From NCBI GenBank assembly GCA_012026655.1, contig JAAILG010001529.1:1-64000 (forward strand): a stretch of DNA of 64,000 bases, written 5' to 3'. The stretch is from Hydrolagus affinis (lineage: Eukaryota). Every line of letters begins with the position of its first letter. Position 1 is the first letter of the stretch. The translations under genes were made by a program, and so were the position numbers. Below the pieces are notes generated by a model, which saw only the letters and a program-made list of their open reading frames with translations, was not told the DNA's origin and made no database searches. Below, one piece after another: positions 51,870 through 64,000 of this stretch.

Positions 51870-54499
51870 TTGCGCAACAGTGTGAATTGTGGACAAAATA
51901 AACAACTTAAACACTATTTGATGTGTTATTGGTTTGATCAAATGTGCAAGGAAAGATTATGTTAGGCCAAAAAACAACCTCCCCTTTTTTTAAAAGGGGA
52001 TTTTTTACATCAGTTTCACAGTTGCAGCATCCCCACTGCTGCTAATTCCCAATTTCAACTGTATTACTCACAGGACATAAACGTGCCATTAACCACTTGG
52101 CCATCTCTCTCTACCACAATTGTCTTACCTTTTTCCAATCAAAATCGATACCCTTCTTTGAATTGTACCATCTTACATCTAAGATGCTGTTTCCCTTATC
52201 CACATCTTTGCTGCACTGAAATCAACACTAAGACTTTCCTATTCTTATTCATTCTTTCCAGGTCCTCATGACTGAGAAAATTGCTGCCTCCGTTGGCTTT
52301 ATGAATCCCAAACCACAGCTTAAATTTTCTCCTACTGTCTCCAATTTAGAGTATTTTCCATTTGGACTTTAGTACATCATCTTGGTTCTCAATAAAATGT
52401 TTCATTTTAAATAAACCAAAATATAAATTACAATAACACACAACACCCATTTGTATGCAGAGTAATGGTATTAATAAGCCTACTATGTCTGCCAGTTACC
52501 CAGAATAAAACAACTGTTTCCAATGGGCATTTTTAATTTCATATCAGCTGTCATACAGAACAATGCCTGATCAAAAGAACACGTTAAGAAAGATAGCTTA
52601 ATGCAGACAAATAGATTTAATTTAACAATCAGCAGACAATCCTAGATAGAACATTTCCCATTAGTCATGAGAGGTCGAAAGCACACTTCCATTCAGTGTT
52701 TTAAGAGTAGCAACACTGCAAACTGCAAACAAATCAGTAAAAGAAAGGAAAACAACTAGAATTATGTTTTCTATTTTGTCTTCAACAAATTTCAGATCAA
52801 GAAGATGTCTTCAGAAAATATTTTGCACCTAAACTACCCAAAGTGGGAAACCACTTAGGAGCTGGAAACAGGATTATATATTTAAATCCCAATTGGGGAT
52901 TGGTTTACTGGTGACCACTGTATAGTACTTACTTAATTTTATGCAATAAAGCGATTTTCTTAGTGGAATGGAGAGCAAAGGGGGGGAAAAAAATACGCTT
53001 AAGCCTTTCAAATACCAGGTCCTATGTTACAAATAATTTTGTTAAATGTACTAGAAAATATAACTGAATTCTTCAAACTGATCTATTTTAGACTGACATA
53101 GCAAATAAGCATCTTTTAGAAAGATTAAATTTGATCTCAACCGCAGTGAGAAAATTGATACTGCTGTCAATCTTTTTATAATTATTTAAGTCTATACGAT
53201 TTTAGATTGAGCAATAGATTAAAGCAGTTTTTTTTAATCAATATTGAACTGCACCATCAAAATAGTAAGTCACCACTGTGACACTACCTCCATTTTCTTG
53301 ATCTAAGCAGTTTTGTAATGTATTAAAATCTAATGGAAATGCAGCACCTAAAACCACAAAATGTATCCATTCTTTCATTCCTTTACTGCTGCTTTTCTTT
53401 ATCCTATTTGGAAGGCAGTGATTCACTGAGGGACAGTTCCAGTACCTCCTCAATGTCGGCACTTTTGATATAAGCACTGACAGCAAATGTCAGATGGGTT
53501 ATTTTAGCATGAAGCAAACAACATTCCCAAGGCAGATTCTGTTCTCTATATTCATACTTCCAGAAGTCACTGATTATCATTAACCAGTATGATCCCTCCC
53601 TACTTAAGCAACAAGATCAATTGCATTATATATTACCTTGCTAAGATTAGCCTTTTTTAAAAAAACATGTACGAAAAGTTAAAGGATATGAAACTCTACA
53701 ACCGAAATAACCCTCCTCGACTATATTTAGCATTTTCTTCGTTTCATTAGTTTAATTTTTTTTAAATTAAACCTACACAACCCGTACAATTTAGGCTTGG
53801 TATCAATTGCAAAAGGCAGAGATGGATGACACCTTCAAAATCCTTTTTAAAAAATTCAATTACTCTACTGATTCAGTTTGAACTTCCATTTTAACATTTC
53901 CAGGATATGCAATCATTTTGATACAAGAGCAAAATTATACAGTATTTTATAAATACAAAATGAAATATATTCTGATCTGACAAAAGCCTTCCTAAGCCTC
54001 TTTTTACAAATCTGACAGATCTATAATTTTGGTGAACAGTTGCGGAATTACGCAACTTTCATCCAGAATCAAATATTCAGAACGATTAAGGTTTATTTTC
54101 TAACTTCTATTAAAAAAAATCAGTGTTGGAAAGCAAGCTGTTCAAATTTCCTATTGTATCTACATACGGTAATTTTAGAAAAAAAAATAACCACGCGTCT
54201 GTCGGATAGTTGCCATGAAGCCATTTTTTTTCAAAAATTGGGCCTGTTTGCCAGATGGAAACGCTCGATGGTGGAGAAGACACACCATGCTTCAATAACC
54301 AACAAGGCGAGAAAAGGAAATATAGCAAACTGAGGACTTTGCGAATGAAACATCGAGCTCCAACAACTAACCTGGCTTCCAGGCAACCTCGCCCAGGTCT
54401 CATCTTGACCCAAAATACAAACCGTACAACGACAAGTTACATATTAAGATTTCTTCCTCGTTTTTAAAAAAAAAGTAATTTCCCTTCCCCCACCCCACA

Positions 54500-55420
54500 A
54501 ACCACCGGCTCCCCGGCTGCTGAGTGACCGAGCTGCTCGTGCCCGAGATCCCGGGCGAGCGGAGCCGATCGCTAAAACCGGGAGTAAAAGACATTCTTTG
54601 TCCTCGGGGCCTAGCCTCCACCTGGAGACATGTTAGTGAGGGGAGCGGCGACTCCATACACATTGCCTTGCTCCCTCCCCAATACTGTAACGCATTAAGA
54701 GAGAAGGAGGCTGTGGATTCTCTCCCCCACCCCCGCCCCCCACCACCCCCTCCCGCGGCCGCATTATCTCAGCAACTTTTCCGCCCGGCCCTGCCCGGTC
54801 TGGCCCGACTCCACGGGGCCGGCCGCCTGCAGCGGGAGAGCGGCGGAGAATTACCGTCGCCTGCGAGCCCTCCTGCGGCCGACCGCCCATCCGTCCGGCT
54901 GAGGCGGGCGTGGCGTGCCATGGTCTTAGGCCGGAGCATGAGGCCCGAGGCCTGCGGCGGCTTCTCACCTGTCGTTCAGCTGATCCTCGGTCCCCGGTAA
55001 CGGGTGCACTACGAAGTGAATGGACGTCATTGTGGGCCGGGAGAAGAGAGGGAACCGCGCGGTGCCAGCCAGCCAGCCGAGGAGCACCTTTGACGTCGGG
55101 AGCCCGTACAACACAGTCAGCAAATTCCTTAAAAATAAAAAAACAACTAGGTCTCCCGGCGAATTATTTTTCCCTTTTTTTTGTTAAAATTCCCAAACGT
55201 TGGCCAGGAGACGGTTTGACACCCGCCACCGATTCACCCGACAGCCGCCATCTTCCTGTTGATGCGTCCTCTCCGACAAGGTCCGCCTCGGCATTGGGGG
55301 GCGCTCGTCCCATTGGCCGCTGAGGGTGGGAGGCGGGGGGAGGGGAGAATCAGGTGACTCGTCAGGGAGGTTTATGGCAGGTCAGCTGGGGGCCATTGTT
55401 AGAGGGGAGCACGTGACAGA
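54500..55420 (-). promoter_or_regulatory. CpG island and UBR5 promoter / 5' UTR
   Basis: Sharp GC and CpG enrichment around exon 1. Motifs: YY1 GCCGCCATCTT 55244-55254 with adjacent ETS-like CTTCCTGT; minus-strand CCAAT boxes 55293-55297 and 55312-55316; GC box 55328-55337; E-box CACGTGAC 55410-55417. No obvious TATA box. The TSS is not directly observable. Confidence 0.85.
54969..55030 (-). CDS. UBR5: UBR5 exon 1 (start codon)
   Basis: ACA ATG ACG TCC... = MTSIHFVVHPLPGTEDQLNDR; donor AG|GTGAG; lies in the CpG island. Confidence 0.97.
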
Positions 55421-55788
55421 AAGATCAACCTCCTCCTCACCCACATACACATACTGTATATGTACTTATTGTACCCTGGACACAGCCATCATCCTATTTT
55501 AAATTACTTTGCAAAGAAAGAATTTGCTGGGCTCTGAGGGTAAGAGCAGGGGAGTGGGACTAGTGCTAGTTCTTTCAAAGAGCCGGCACAAGGCACGAAT
55601 GGACTCCTTCTTGTGCGCCACCATTTCTGTGGTCATGCAAAGCCGCAAGCCACCATTTGTTTTCATGACTTTCATGGACTTTCCAACACAGGAACCCAAA
55701 TAAAATTATTTTATAAAATGCAATAGCGCATTGGTCACACACTGGATAAAAGTTGCCGCTTCCAACACGAGGGTTATTGTTTACTTTG

Positions 55789-56140
55789 TGGAGCCCTGTA
55801 GCCCAGTGGTTAGAGCACACGCCTCGTTCAACGCCTTGGAAGGTCCTCCCGATGTCAAAGGTGCTCTAAAATTTTGTTGTTGTTACAAGCGAGAGACCTG
55901 GGTTCGATTCCAGGCAGGGGAAAACCTTGGGCAAGTTTCCTTACTCCACATGCCTAATAATAATCCCTAAAAAAAATTGATCATTTCAATCCACGACTAT
56001 TTGTGGAACATTGCTGTGCACAATTGGCTGCCCCATTTTGCCCACAAATATACAGTCAATTCACTTTACAGGAAATATTCTCTGAAGTGCTTTGAGACGT
56101 CTAGAACATGTGAAAACTGCTATATCAAATGCTTATTATT
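55789..56140 (+). mobile_element. tRNA-derived SINE with a nested L2-tail insert (55827-55884)
   Basis: TGGAGCCCTGTAGCCCAGTGGTTAGAGCAC-[insert]-CAAGCGAGAGACCTGGGTTCGATTCC. Confidence 0.88.
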
Positions 56141-57751
56141 AGGCCCTAATCAAAAGATTATGATTATTATTACTTACTGTTGGCATAAGTCTTACCTGCA
56201 ACAATCCTCAGCTAAATTGTTCATTAATTTCATTCATGGCTAACACTTCAAGGCAGTTCTGGAAGAAATGCATTATGCAAAGTGAGACTTCAGATGAAAT
56301 ATTAAATGGAGGTCCTTACCTGCCTGTTCAGGTCCACATTAAATTTCCTATTGACTTATTTGAAAGGAAAGGAGTTTTTTCCTGATGTCTTGGCCAATAA
56401 TCTGCAGATAAAATTGGTCACTCATTTTATGGCTCTTTCTGGGTTATTGCTTTGCGCAAATTGGCTGCCATGTTCACCTACAAATATAAATCCTGTAAAT
56501 TGTGTGAAGCGCTTTGAGACATCTTGATGACTTAATAAGGAGCTATATCGAAAACCAGGATTATTATTACATGTGGAACACTTCATCTGGTTTGGATACT
56601 CTTAAACATAGTGATGAGTTTCCATATTTGTCAGACTTCCAGCTGCCTAAACATTTTTTAAAATCATGACTCTTTTGACTCCTTGCAGGACATGCTGTAC
56701 ACAAATTGGCTGCGATGTTTGACAACAATTAACTTTGAAATATTTGAATATTTTGAGGAAAACAACAATAACAAAATTACATTTGGATAGTGCCTTTCAT
56801 GTCTGGAAGGCGTCCCATGGCGCTGGACAATCAGTGTTTCGGACCTAAGCTGGGGTCAGGATTGGGGAGGGTGGAGGGAACGGAGGGGAAGGGGGGTGAC
56901 CGATGACAGGTCCGCAAAGATTAAGTTGAGCGGAGAGGCAGTGTAGGAGGATGGAGTGGTTGACAGTGTCAAAGGTGGCAGATAGGTTAAGGAGGACGAG
57001 GAGGCAGAAAGGGCCCTGATCATAGATATTTAGAATGTCATTAGAGACTTTAACATGGGCTGTTTCCGTGCTGTGGGCAGCACGGAAGCTAGATTGGAGG
57101 GGTTCAAAGAGGGAATGGCGAGAAAGAAAAGAGCGAAGCTGGGACGCAATAACACATTCCAGGGGTTTGGAAAGGAATTATCATCAGATTGAACTTTTTG
57201 CCAGGTACCTATTAATGGTTAAATCTATCACTTATTTGATTTAAAGCATAAAAGTCTGTCCATCGCATCACATTAATGTTTTCATTGTGGTATCTGGTTG
57301 TATTTTGGATGCTAGCCCAAAGACCTTCATTTTTGATTGTGCATGCAGTCACCTCCTCCCTCCCTCCCTCAGGGTCAGATTCCACCACTGCAAGAATGCT
57401 AATCCATGTAAAGGGCATTATATAAATGCAAGTTGTTGTTGTTGAAGTCACTGCACTTTACAATAAAATTGGTGAAGCATGTTGCAATGTCTTGATGATA
57501 AAGCATGTATACAAATCCTTTCAAATGCAAAGATTATTTTTTATTTATCATGGTAAATTAAAAGGCCAGTGAAAGCCAATGATGTATTTTGTGTTGCCCT
57601 ATTATTGATGTTTGCAATGAATATGATTTTCAGAAGGCATTTGATAACGTAACACATGGGCGATTACTTGCTATTAAGAAGCAGTATTGTAGCATGAATA
57701 GAAAATTGATTTGGAAGCAGGAGACAGTGAATTGAGAGTTGTCAGGCAGTG

Positions 57752-58265
57752 ACAACAACAACAAAATTCCATTTATAGAGCGCATTTCACGTCGGGAAGA
57801 CATCCCAAGCCTTAGAACAGTCAGGGATCGGGACTCAAGCCCAGGGCAGGGTAGAGTAGGTAGGGTAAGGGGGCAGGGAGGAAAAGGTGGGAAGGAGGGA
57901 GAAGGCACGATCAAAAAGGGGGGTCTTGAGACCGGCCTTGTAGGAGGCAAGGGAGGAAGCGAGGCAAAGGAACTGTGGGATAGAGTTCCAGAGTGTGGAG
58001 GCAGAGAGGCTGAAGGCCCGTCCACCGATGGTAGGGCGGGTTGGGCAGGGCACATGCAGCAGACAGGAGCCTGCTGAACAGAGGGGGTGGGGAGGTTCAA
58101 AGGGAGTCATCAGGTTGGAGAGAGGGAGCAAGGCCGTGAATGTCCTTGAAAGTGAGGACGAGGATCTTGAATTTGATCCTCTGGGGGATGGGGAACCAAT
58201 GGAGCCGGCTAGGGTGGGAGTGATGGGGTCGTGAAGCCTAGTGCATGAGCTGCAGATTTCTGATA
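57752..58265 (-). mobile_element. L2 LINE 3' fragment
   Basis: RPTIGGRAFSLSASTLWNSIP...YKAGLKTPLFDRAF; tail at 57752-57815. Confidence 0.9.
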
Positions 58266-59084
58266 AGGCATGACTGTATCAAATGCAAGGATTATTCTTT
58301 TCTCAATTTGTGCCCTCAGACAACTCCATATATGCGAAGGCTCTTCTACCACCTCTCTAGCACTCTTGGACAAGAAGCAAGAAAAGTCTGGTTGTTTGTA
58401 ACTGATCTTTTCATTGCCTCTGGCCTCCAGTCTCCTCCTTTTTGTTTCTTCACTATATTGATACTGCTATATCCATTTTTCTCTTTTGCCTGTCCTGAGC
58501 TTCAGATATTTTATCCTGCATATTCTTCCTCCTCACAATCAATTGCTAAAGATGTTAGGATGAAGAAAGCCTTTGGCTAATTTAGTTTCATTCTTCCACA
58601 GTACTAACTCTCAATACTGCTTCAGAATACAGATATAGGAGCAGTAATGAAGTCTTCCCATGATATCATCAAGCACTTTCTTACTGGTCTCAGCAGTATC
58701 TGATCCCAGCTGATCCCACCCTTAGGTGGTTGTCCATTCAATCCTTATATCAGGACTTGAGCTTTCACTTAAGGCTGACACTTCAATGGATCATTGATGG
58801 AGGTGTTGTCCATTGGCGGGGTCACTAAACTGAGGTCCCATGTGTGTTCAGGTATTATCCTTACTTTGGTTGCCTAGAAATATGCTGTCATTATTGAGAG
58901 CACTGTTAAACATTTTTAAACGTTTCCATGTTATGAGTGACATATGAGGATTATTATTTATCTTAAAATTCAAACCCAGAATAGTTTCTCCCATTGCTTG
59001 AAGTATGTGAAAGTATTAGTTATTGTTTCTATTTGGCACTAGGGTATTTAATCTAATTTATCTAGTTATTCCTATGCTTGTCAG

Positions 59085-59325
59085 GGTGAAACCTTGGGCA
59101 AGTTTCCTTATTCCACATGGCTGATAATATTCCCTCAAGTAAAAAATAATAATAAAACAATTGGTCACTTCAATCCATGTTTGTTTGTGGGATGCTGCTG
59201 TGTGCAATTGCTGCCGCGTTTCACCCACAAATATACAGTCAATTCACTTTACAGTATATACTGTGAAGCACTTTGAGATGTCTGGAAGACGTGAAAAGCG
59301 CTATATCAAATGCAAGAATTATTAT
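59085..59325 (+). mobile_element. tRNA-SINE body (5'-truncated)
   Basis: AAACCTTGGGCAAGTTTCCTTATTCCACA...ATCAAATGCAAGAATTATT. Confidence 0.8.
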
Positions 59326-59399
59326 TTGTTAAAGATGGGATCAACCTTATTGCTCTCCTCTGCCTCTGAGGCCTTGCGGGCCTCTTACGTCCGAGCAGC

Positions 59400-59600
59400 G
59401 AAAGCTACATGCGGTCCTCTAGATGTGGCCTGACTAGAGTATCGTACACCTTGCATTTCATACATCGGTCAAAGTTTCTTCTTAACCTAACTCACTTCCG
59501 TTAATGTTCTTGGAGTCATGCCACCTCTGCCTGGTGCTTTATGAGCTTTCAATTGCTCCAGTTTCTTAACAACAATGTCCTTGGTTATCTCTGCTCTCTG
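59400..59600 (-). mobile_element. Degraded CR1 ORF2 fragment
   Basis: Minus strand reads ITKDIVVKKLEQLKAHKAPGRGGMTPRTL and TLVRPHLE. Confidence 0.65.
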
Positions 59601-60019
59601 TTTGCATTAAGTCGTAATGCCAGATAACTGGGTTGCTGGATTATGAATCTCGTCACATTTGCTCGTGGATATCAGTGAGTGACCTCATTTGAAAAGCAAA
59701 ATCATTCCTCTAAGCAACAATACTCTTCCTTTCATGGTTGTCCGAAGTTGTGGATTGGTAAAAGCTGGCATTGGGGCGGAAGATTCATATTTAGTGATCC
59801 AAGGTCTATTAAGTAAATGCAGATTGAATGTTGCATTTCTAGAACCTAACACCTTGTCACACGACTGGACTACACAGAATGGCTCCAGGCTCCTCAAACT
59901 GATGCCAGATGCCCACAGTCTGAGTTCTTGTGCTCACTTCCTCCTTGACACCTTTGACATGTAATCGCTGACCATTCTATCCTCCTACACTGCATCTCCT
60001 CTCAGTTCAACATTCACAG

Positions 60020-60362
60020 ACCTAATCCCCTACTAACTGGCCCACTCCCGCCATTCGCAAGGCTCCAGCCTGCTTCACATCCTCAGCCTTGCTCACCCCA
60101 CCATTGCCAGAGGAGCCCATAGACTCTGCCCCACCCAGTGGAACTCCATCCTGCAGTCCATTCGCTTTGCCCCCGCCTCCTTCAATGTCCACCTCAAGAG
60201 CCTCGTTTTTGACCATACCTTTGGTTAAGCTCCTACCCATACCCTCCCCACTCTCCACCCTTCCTGATTTCAACCACCAGCTTGGGTGCAGATTCCTACT
60301 GTCCAGCACCTTGGGATATCCTCCTGACGAAAGAAGCTATACAATGTAATTTGTTATTATTG
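60020..60362 (+). mobile_element. L2 LINE 3' fragment
   Basis: L2 3' UTR with tail CAGCACCTTGGGATATCCTCCTGACGAAAG...TGTAATTTGTTATT. Confidence 0.8.
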
Positions 60363-61045
60363 TTCAGACTCCTCATGTTGACTCCAAACTCTTTGCACTG
60401 ACTCCTCCTGCTCATGTTAACTTCAGACTACTCTCGCTGACCTTAGACTCCTCTCACCAAGCCCAGACTCTTCTCTCCGATTCTGCCTCTAGATGGGTTT
60501 CCACACAACAAGAAAAAACAAGACAGAGCTGGAGGAATGAGGTCCTGTTCAGGGACTGCATGTGGGGTAGGAAGACTAGCCGGGGATTGAACTTGATGAC
60601 AAATTGTACATTGGTGCAGTGAGCCTGAGGATAGGCTAGGAGGTTAAAAAGGTTGGAGCTCCAGGTGCAAAAATGTTGATGGGAGCCAAGGAGGATGCTT
60701 CAGTCTTATTATCATTCAGCTGCAGAAAGTTGGCGTTCATCCAAACCTTGCTGTCTGAAAATTAGCTGGACAGAATATTGGTGAAACTAGGATCAGAACG
60801 AGAAGTAGATTTGGATACAATCCCATACATGTGGAAGTTGACCCATTTCTATGGAATATATCACGAATACATTGTGTAAATGAGAAAAATAGGGATCCTT
60901 GTAGTTCCCCACACATGACCGTGCAGAGGCAGGACAAACCATTAGCAGGGATAAATGAAAGCAATGGGTCAAGTTGAACTCAAACCAGGAGAGTGCAGTT
61001 CCATTGAGTGGATGAGAGAGGAGAATACATATTTGAGGAAAATAC

Positions 61046-61810
61046 AAAACAACAACAAAATTATATTTATATAGCGCCTTTCACATTGGGAGGATATCCC
61101 AAGGCACTGGACAGTCAGTGTTTCGGACCCGATCTGGGGGTCGACATCGGGAGGGTGGAGAACGGTGGGGGGAAGGAGGGTTTTTGAAAGTACGGTTAAA
61201 GAGGTCTTGAGACAGATCTTGAAGCAAGGGAGGGTTTGAGTTGGAGGGACTGTGGGATGGAGATCCAGAGAGTGGAGGAAGAGTTGCTGAAGGAATGCCT
61301 GCCAATGGTGAGGCAGGCGAGGCGGGGCGCATGCTGCAGGACGGATGTTGCTGAGTGGAGGGTCTGGGCAGGCAGGTAGGGGATTAGGCGGCCACAGAAG
61401 TGGGGGTAGGGAGGGGTGGTGGGGAGTGAGGCCATGGAGGGCTTTGAAGGGAGGGTAGGGTTACGTAGCCGGGTGCGGGAGAGGACACGAACTGCAGAGT
61501 TCTGGATGATCTGCAGTCTATGGAGGGAGGAGTTGTTGAGGCTGACAAGCTGGGACTTTGCATAGTCAGGGTGATGATGCAGAGGTGGGGATGGCAGAGC
61601 AGGTCATGGCACGGATGTGGGATAGAAAAGATAATTGAATAAACAAGATACTACGGTTCCAGACTGGCTTAGAAAAGTGGAGTGTGCATCCTTGAATGGT
61701 GATGCTGACAGCGCCTGACGTGTGGAGGCACTGGTGGGAGCCAATCAAGAGGGCCTCAGTCTTGTTGACGTTGAACTGAAAAATGTTAGCTCTCATCCAA
61801 GATTTGACCA
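61046..61810 (-). mobile_element. L2 LINE fragment
   Basis: QFNVNKTEALLIGS...SFLSHIRAMT motifs; tail at 61046-61110. Confidence 0.85.
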
Positions 61811-63231
61811 GCTCCCATCATGAGTGCATGGTCTTGCTTACATCCAAAAATACCCTGTTTTCATTGACAGGATGATTCAATATTGTATTAGTGGTGTTGA
61901 ATGGCATATTACCTTACTGATCTGCCATTTTATTCTCAAGCCGTTATGATTGTTAGCAAGAAGTGGTCTGATTGTGAGCAAGAAGTGGTCTGATTGTGAA
62001 ACAGTTATTGATCCCAGCAAGCCATTGACATGCCATTCTGAATCAGAATCTTCCACTTTAAGGCAATTTGTGAATTGTTAAAACTTATTGCAAAATCAAG
62101 AAAGGATATTATAAATGGATATTAACGTATGTTTGTCCTTCTTACAGTGGGGCAGAGTCTCATTGATTTGGTCCAATCTGATTGTTCCTCTCATTTTTTC
62201 CTATTTTTTATTCCTTAATAGGACTCTGGTGTCTTGATACTTAAAGAACTTTATGTAAGCTTTGATAAAGTATACGTAACAGCCCTTCTCCAAACATATG
62301 GGATACTGTATATCAAGATATAGAATAAATGAGAGGTTAGCCTCTCTGTCTTGGAAGCTAATATTGTTGAAGTTAATATTGTCTCCCTTCACCGTTGATT
62401 TCAGTATCAATGTCATCAGATTCAGCAGCTGCTTTCCCTTTTGGTCACAGTGTTTACTATAGTTTCTTATAACACACAGCACTTTCTAGAAGCAGCTGCA
62501 GATTTGTCCACTGTCATCAAACTCAACAAGTGGTGGGATTCAAGAGATTTCCATTCAAACTGATTGTAAACAATTTTCCTTAATCTTCCTTTTTCCCTCT
62601 TTACAATCCTCAGGTTTTCTTCTCAGCTTTAAAGCAGTTTTGTTTTCTAGTACTTCCCAGTGCTAGAAACGTAGAAATTTTAGGTGCAGAAGGCCCATCA
62701 TGCCTGCACCAGCTCTGCAGCTTGTGGGGGTTAAAGTTGGGGAGTTCAATGAGCAGGGCGTAAGCCTGGACATGATCAATGCGTGAATGAGGGTCTTGGC
62801 AGCATGAGAGAGGCCGATAAAGTTGTGGAGGCGTGGGAAAACAGAACGGGTCAAAGTATGGATGTGTGGTTTAAAGTATAGTTGAGCGACGAATAGGACA
62901 CCAAGTAGGTTCCCTACTGGCTCTATGATGTGGAGAATGCATCTATGGATAGTGATGCTGTCAGCACCTAAGGTGAGAAGTAGCTAATGGGAGCTAATCA
63001 GCAAGACCTCGGTCTTGTCAATCCCATTATCATTGACAGATTACATCAGAGATTTTGAATTGTATATTTCACTGTTTAGCATAATCTAGGACTAGCAATG
63101 TTGTATGCACAAATTGCTATAGTTCTTCAAACAGTTGTATGCTGCAGCACAGACCAGACAATAGCAACCAATATTGATTTTATGTTGCAGTTCCAATATC
63201 TCTTGATCTGATGTTAGGATAGTCATTTCAG

Positions 63232-63770
63232 CATAGAACAAGGACATTCAGTCCTTCGTGTCTGTTCTTTTGGAAAGAGCAATCCATTAAGTCCCATTTA
63301 CCTGTCTTTTTTCAACCTCTGCAAATTATTTGTTCTTTCATTTAAGATTATATCTACCGGTAGTTCCTTTATTGAAGCTCGTATGGATTCTTTGTCAACC
63401 ACTTTGGCACCCACACCCTAAAAATCCTCTGGTAAAATAAATAAATAAATAATAATTGTTTAAATTTTTTTTAAAAAAATCTTAATCTCCCTTTGCTCCC
63501 TTACTAGCTGTATTCGTGGATCAGTGAAAATAATTTCTCCTTATCAACTCTATCAAAAAACTCATAATTTTAAAGATCTCAATTAAACCTTCTCTGTTCC
63601 AATAAAAATAGGTCCATGTCCTCCAGTGTCGGCTCATAAGTCAAACTATTCTCTATGGTACTATCCTAGTAAATCTCCTCTGCACCCTCTCTGTGGCCCT
63701 CGCATCCTTCTGAAAGTGAAGCGATCAAAAGTTGACAATGCTCTTACTGTCATCTAACTACAAATGTATT
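63232..63770 (-). mobile_element. Degraded CR1 3' fragment
   Basis: CATAGAACAAGG tail; ATCCTAGTAAATCTCCTCTGCACCCTCTC is the reverse of the ERVQRRFTR motif. Confidence 0.7.
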
Positions 63771-64000
63771 TTAACTACAAAGAACACAGTCATGACACTG
63801 GGTATATCCTGTGAAGAGCTTTGAGAAATCGTCCTGATGTGAAAGAAACTGTAACATATGTGAGGACAATAATTATTAGCTGACAATATGTGCACGTTAA
63901 TCACCTAATAGGTTTTATATTCTATGCCTCAATGTATGTACTTTGATCCCTGCTCTTTTTCATGGGCCCCAGTCCTCTAGAACACAACTGTAGCAAATGA

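Larger units (their letters stand above)
229..55030 (-). other. UBR5: UBR5/EDD1 E3 ubiquitin-protein ligase gene, coding exons 1-28 (3' part lies outside the window)
   Basis: 28 GT-AG exons splice in frame (3653 nt). The translation closely follows human UBR5 from MTSIHFVVHPLPGTEDQLNDR to the UBR box [31 protein letters not shown]. Confidence 0.98.

Noticed and set aside
53340-53380. Peptide WIHFVV resembling exon 1 SIHFVV (possible duplicated first exon)
   Set aside because: Only 5 residues match, the codons differ, and there is no flanking similarity; likely chance.
54524-55323. Plus-strand ORFs of 158 and 137 aa as a divergent or antisense gene
   Set aside because: GC-rich CpG-island DNA lacks stops by composition. 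The translations are low-complexity and overlap UBR5 exon 1.
61955-61999. Short tandem duplications (22 bp here; 18 bp at 36678; cctgttcca repeats at 2745-2795) as a CRISPR-like array
   Set aside because: They are low-copy slippage duplications without spacers, in eukaryotic DNA.
55420-64000. Neighbouring gene exons upstream of UBR5
   Set aside because: Only SINE and LINE fragments were recognised; there is no ORF with host-gene similarity or a consistent exon structure.

Overview
This is vertebrate genomic DNA, most likely from a cartilaginous fish. A holocephalan (chimaera) is inferred from the tRNA-SINE, DeuSINE, L2 and CR1 repeat set. The window holds the 5' part of UBR5 (EDD1, HECT E3 ubiquitin ligase) on the minus strand: a CpG-island promoter at about 54.5-55.4 kb and 28 coding exons between 55030 and 229. 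All introns are GT-AG and phase-consistent, giving 3653 nt (about 1217 codons) from the start Met through the UBA domain into the UBR-box zinc finger; the gene continues off the left edge. Introns and the upstream 8.5 kb are dense in L2 and CR1 LINE fragments, SINEs and Tigger-like MITEs, and there is one 100-N gap. Most listed ORFs are repeat-derived or spurious. I found no new gene system. The best leads are: a decayed copy of UBR5's own exon20/intron20 junction inserted in an L2 in intron 25, a set of ~60-bp L2-tail insertions sharing one 5' end, a strong-Kozak uORF overlapping the YY1 site, an in-frame alternative acceptor encoded by the VLLLPL codons, and candidate poison exons. Repeat family names come from recalled consensus sequences, not database searches, and repeat boundaries are approximate.
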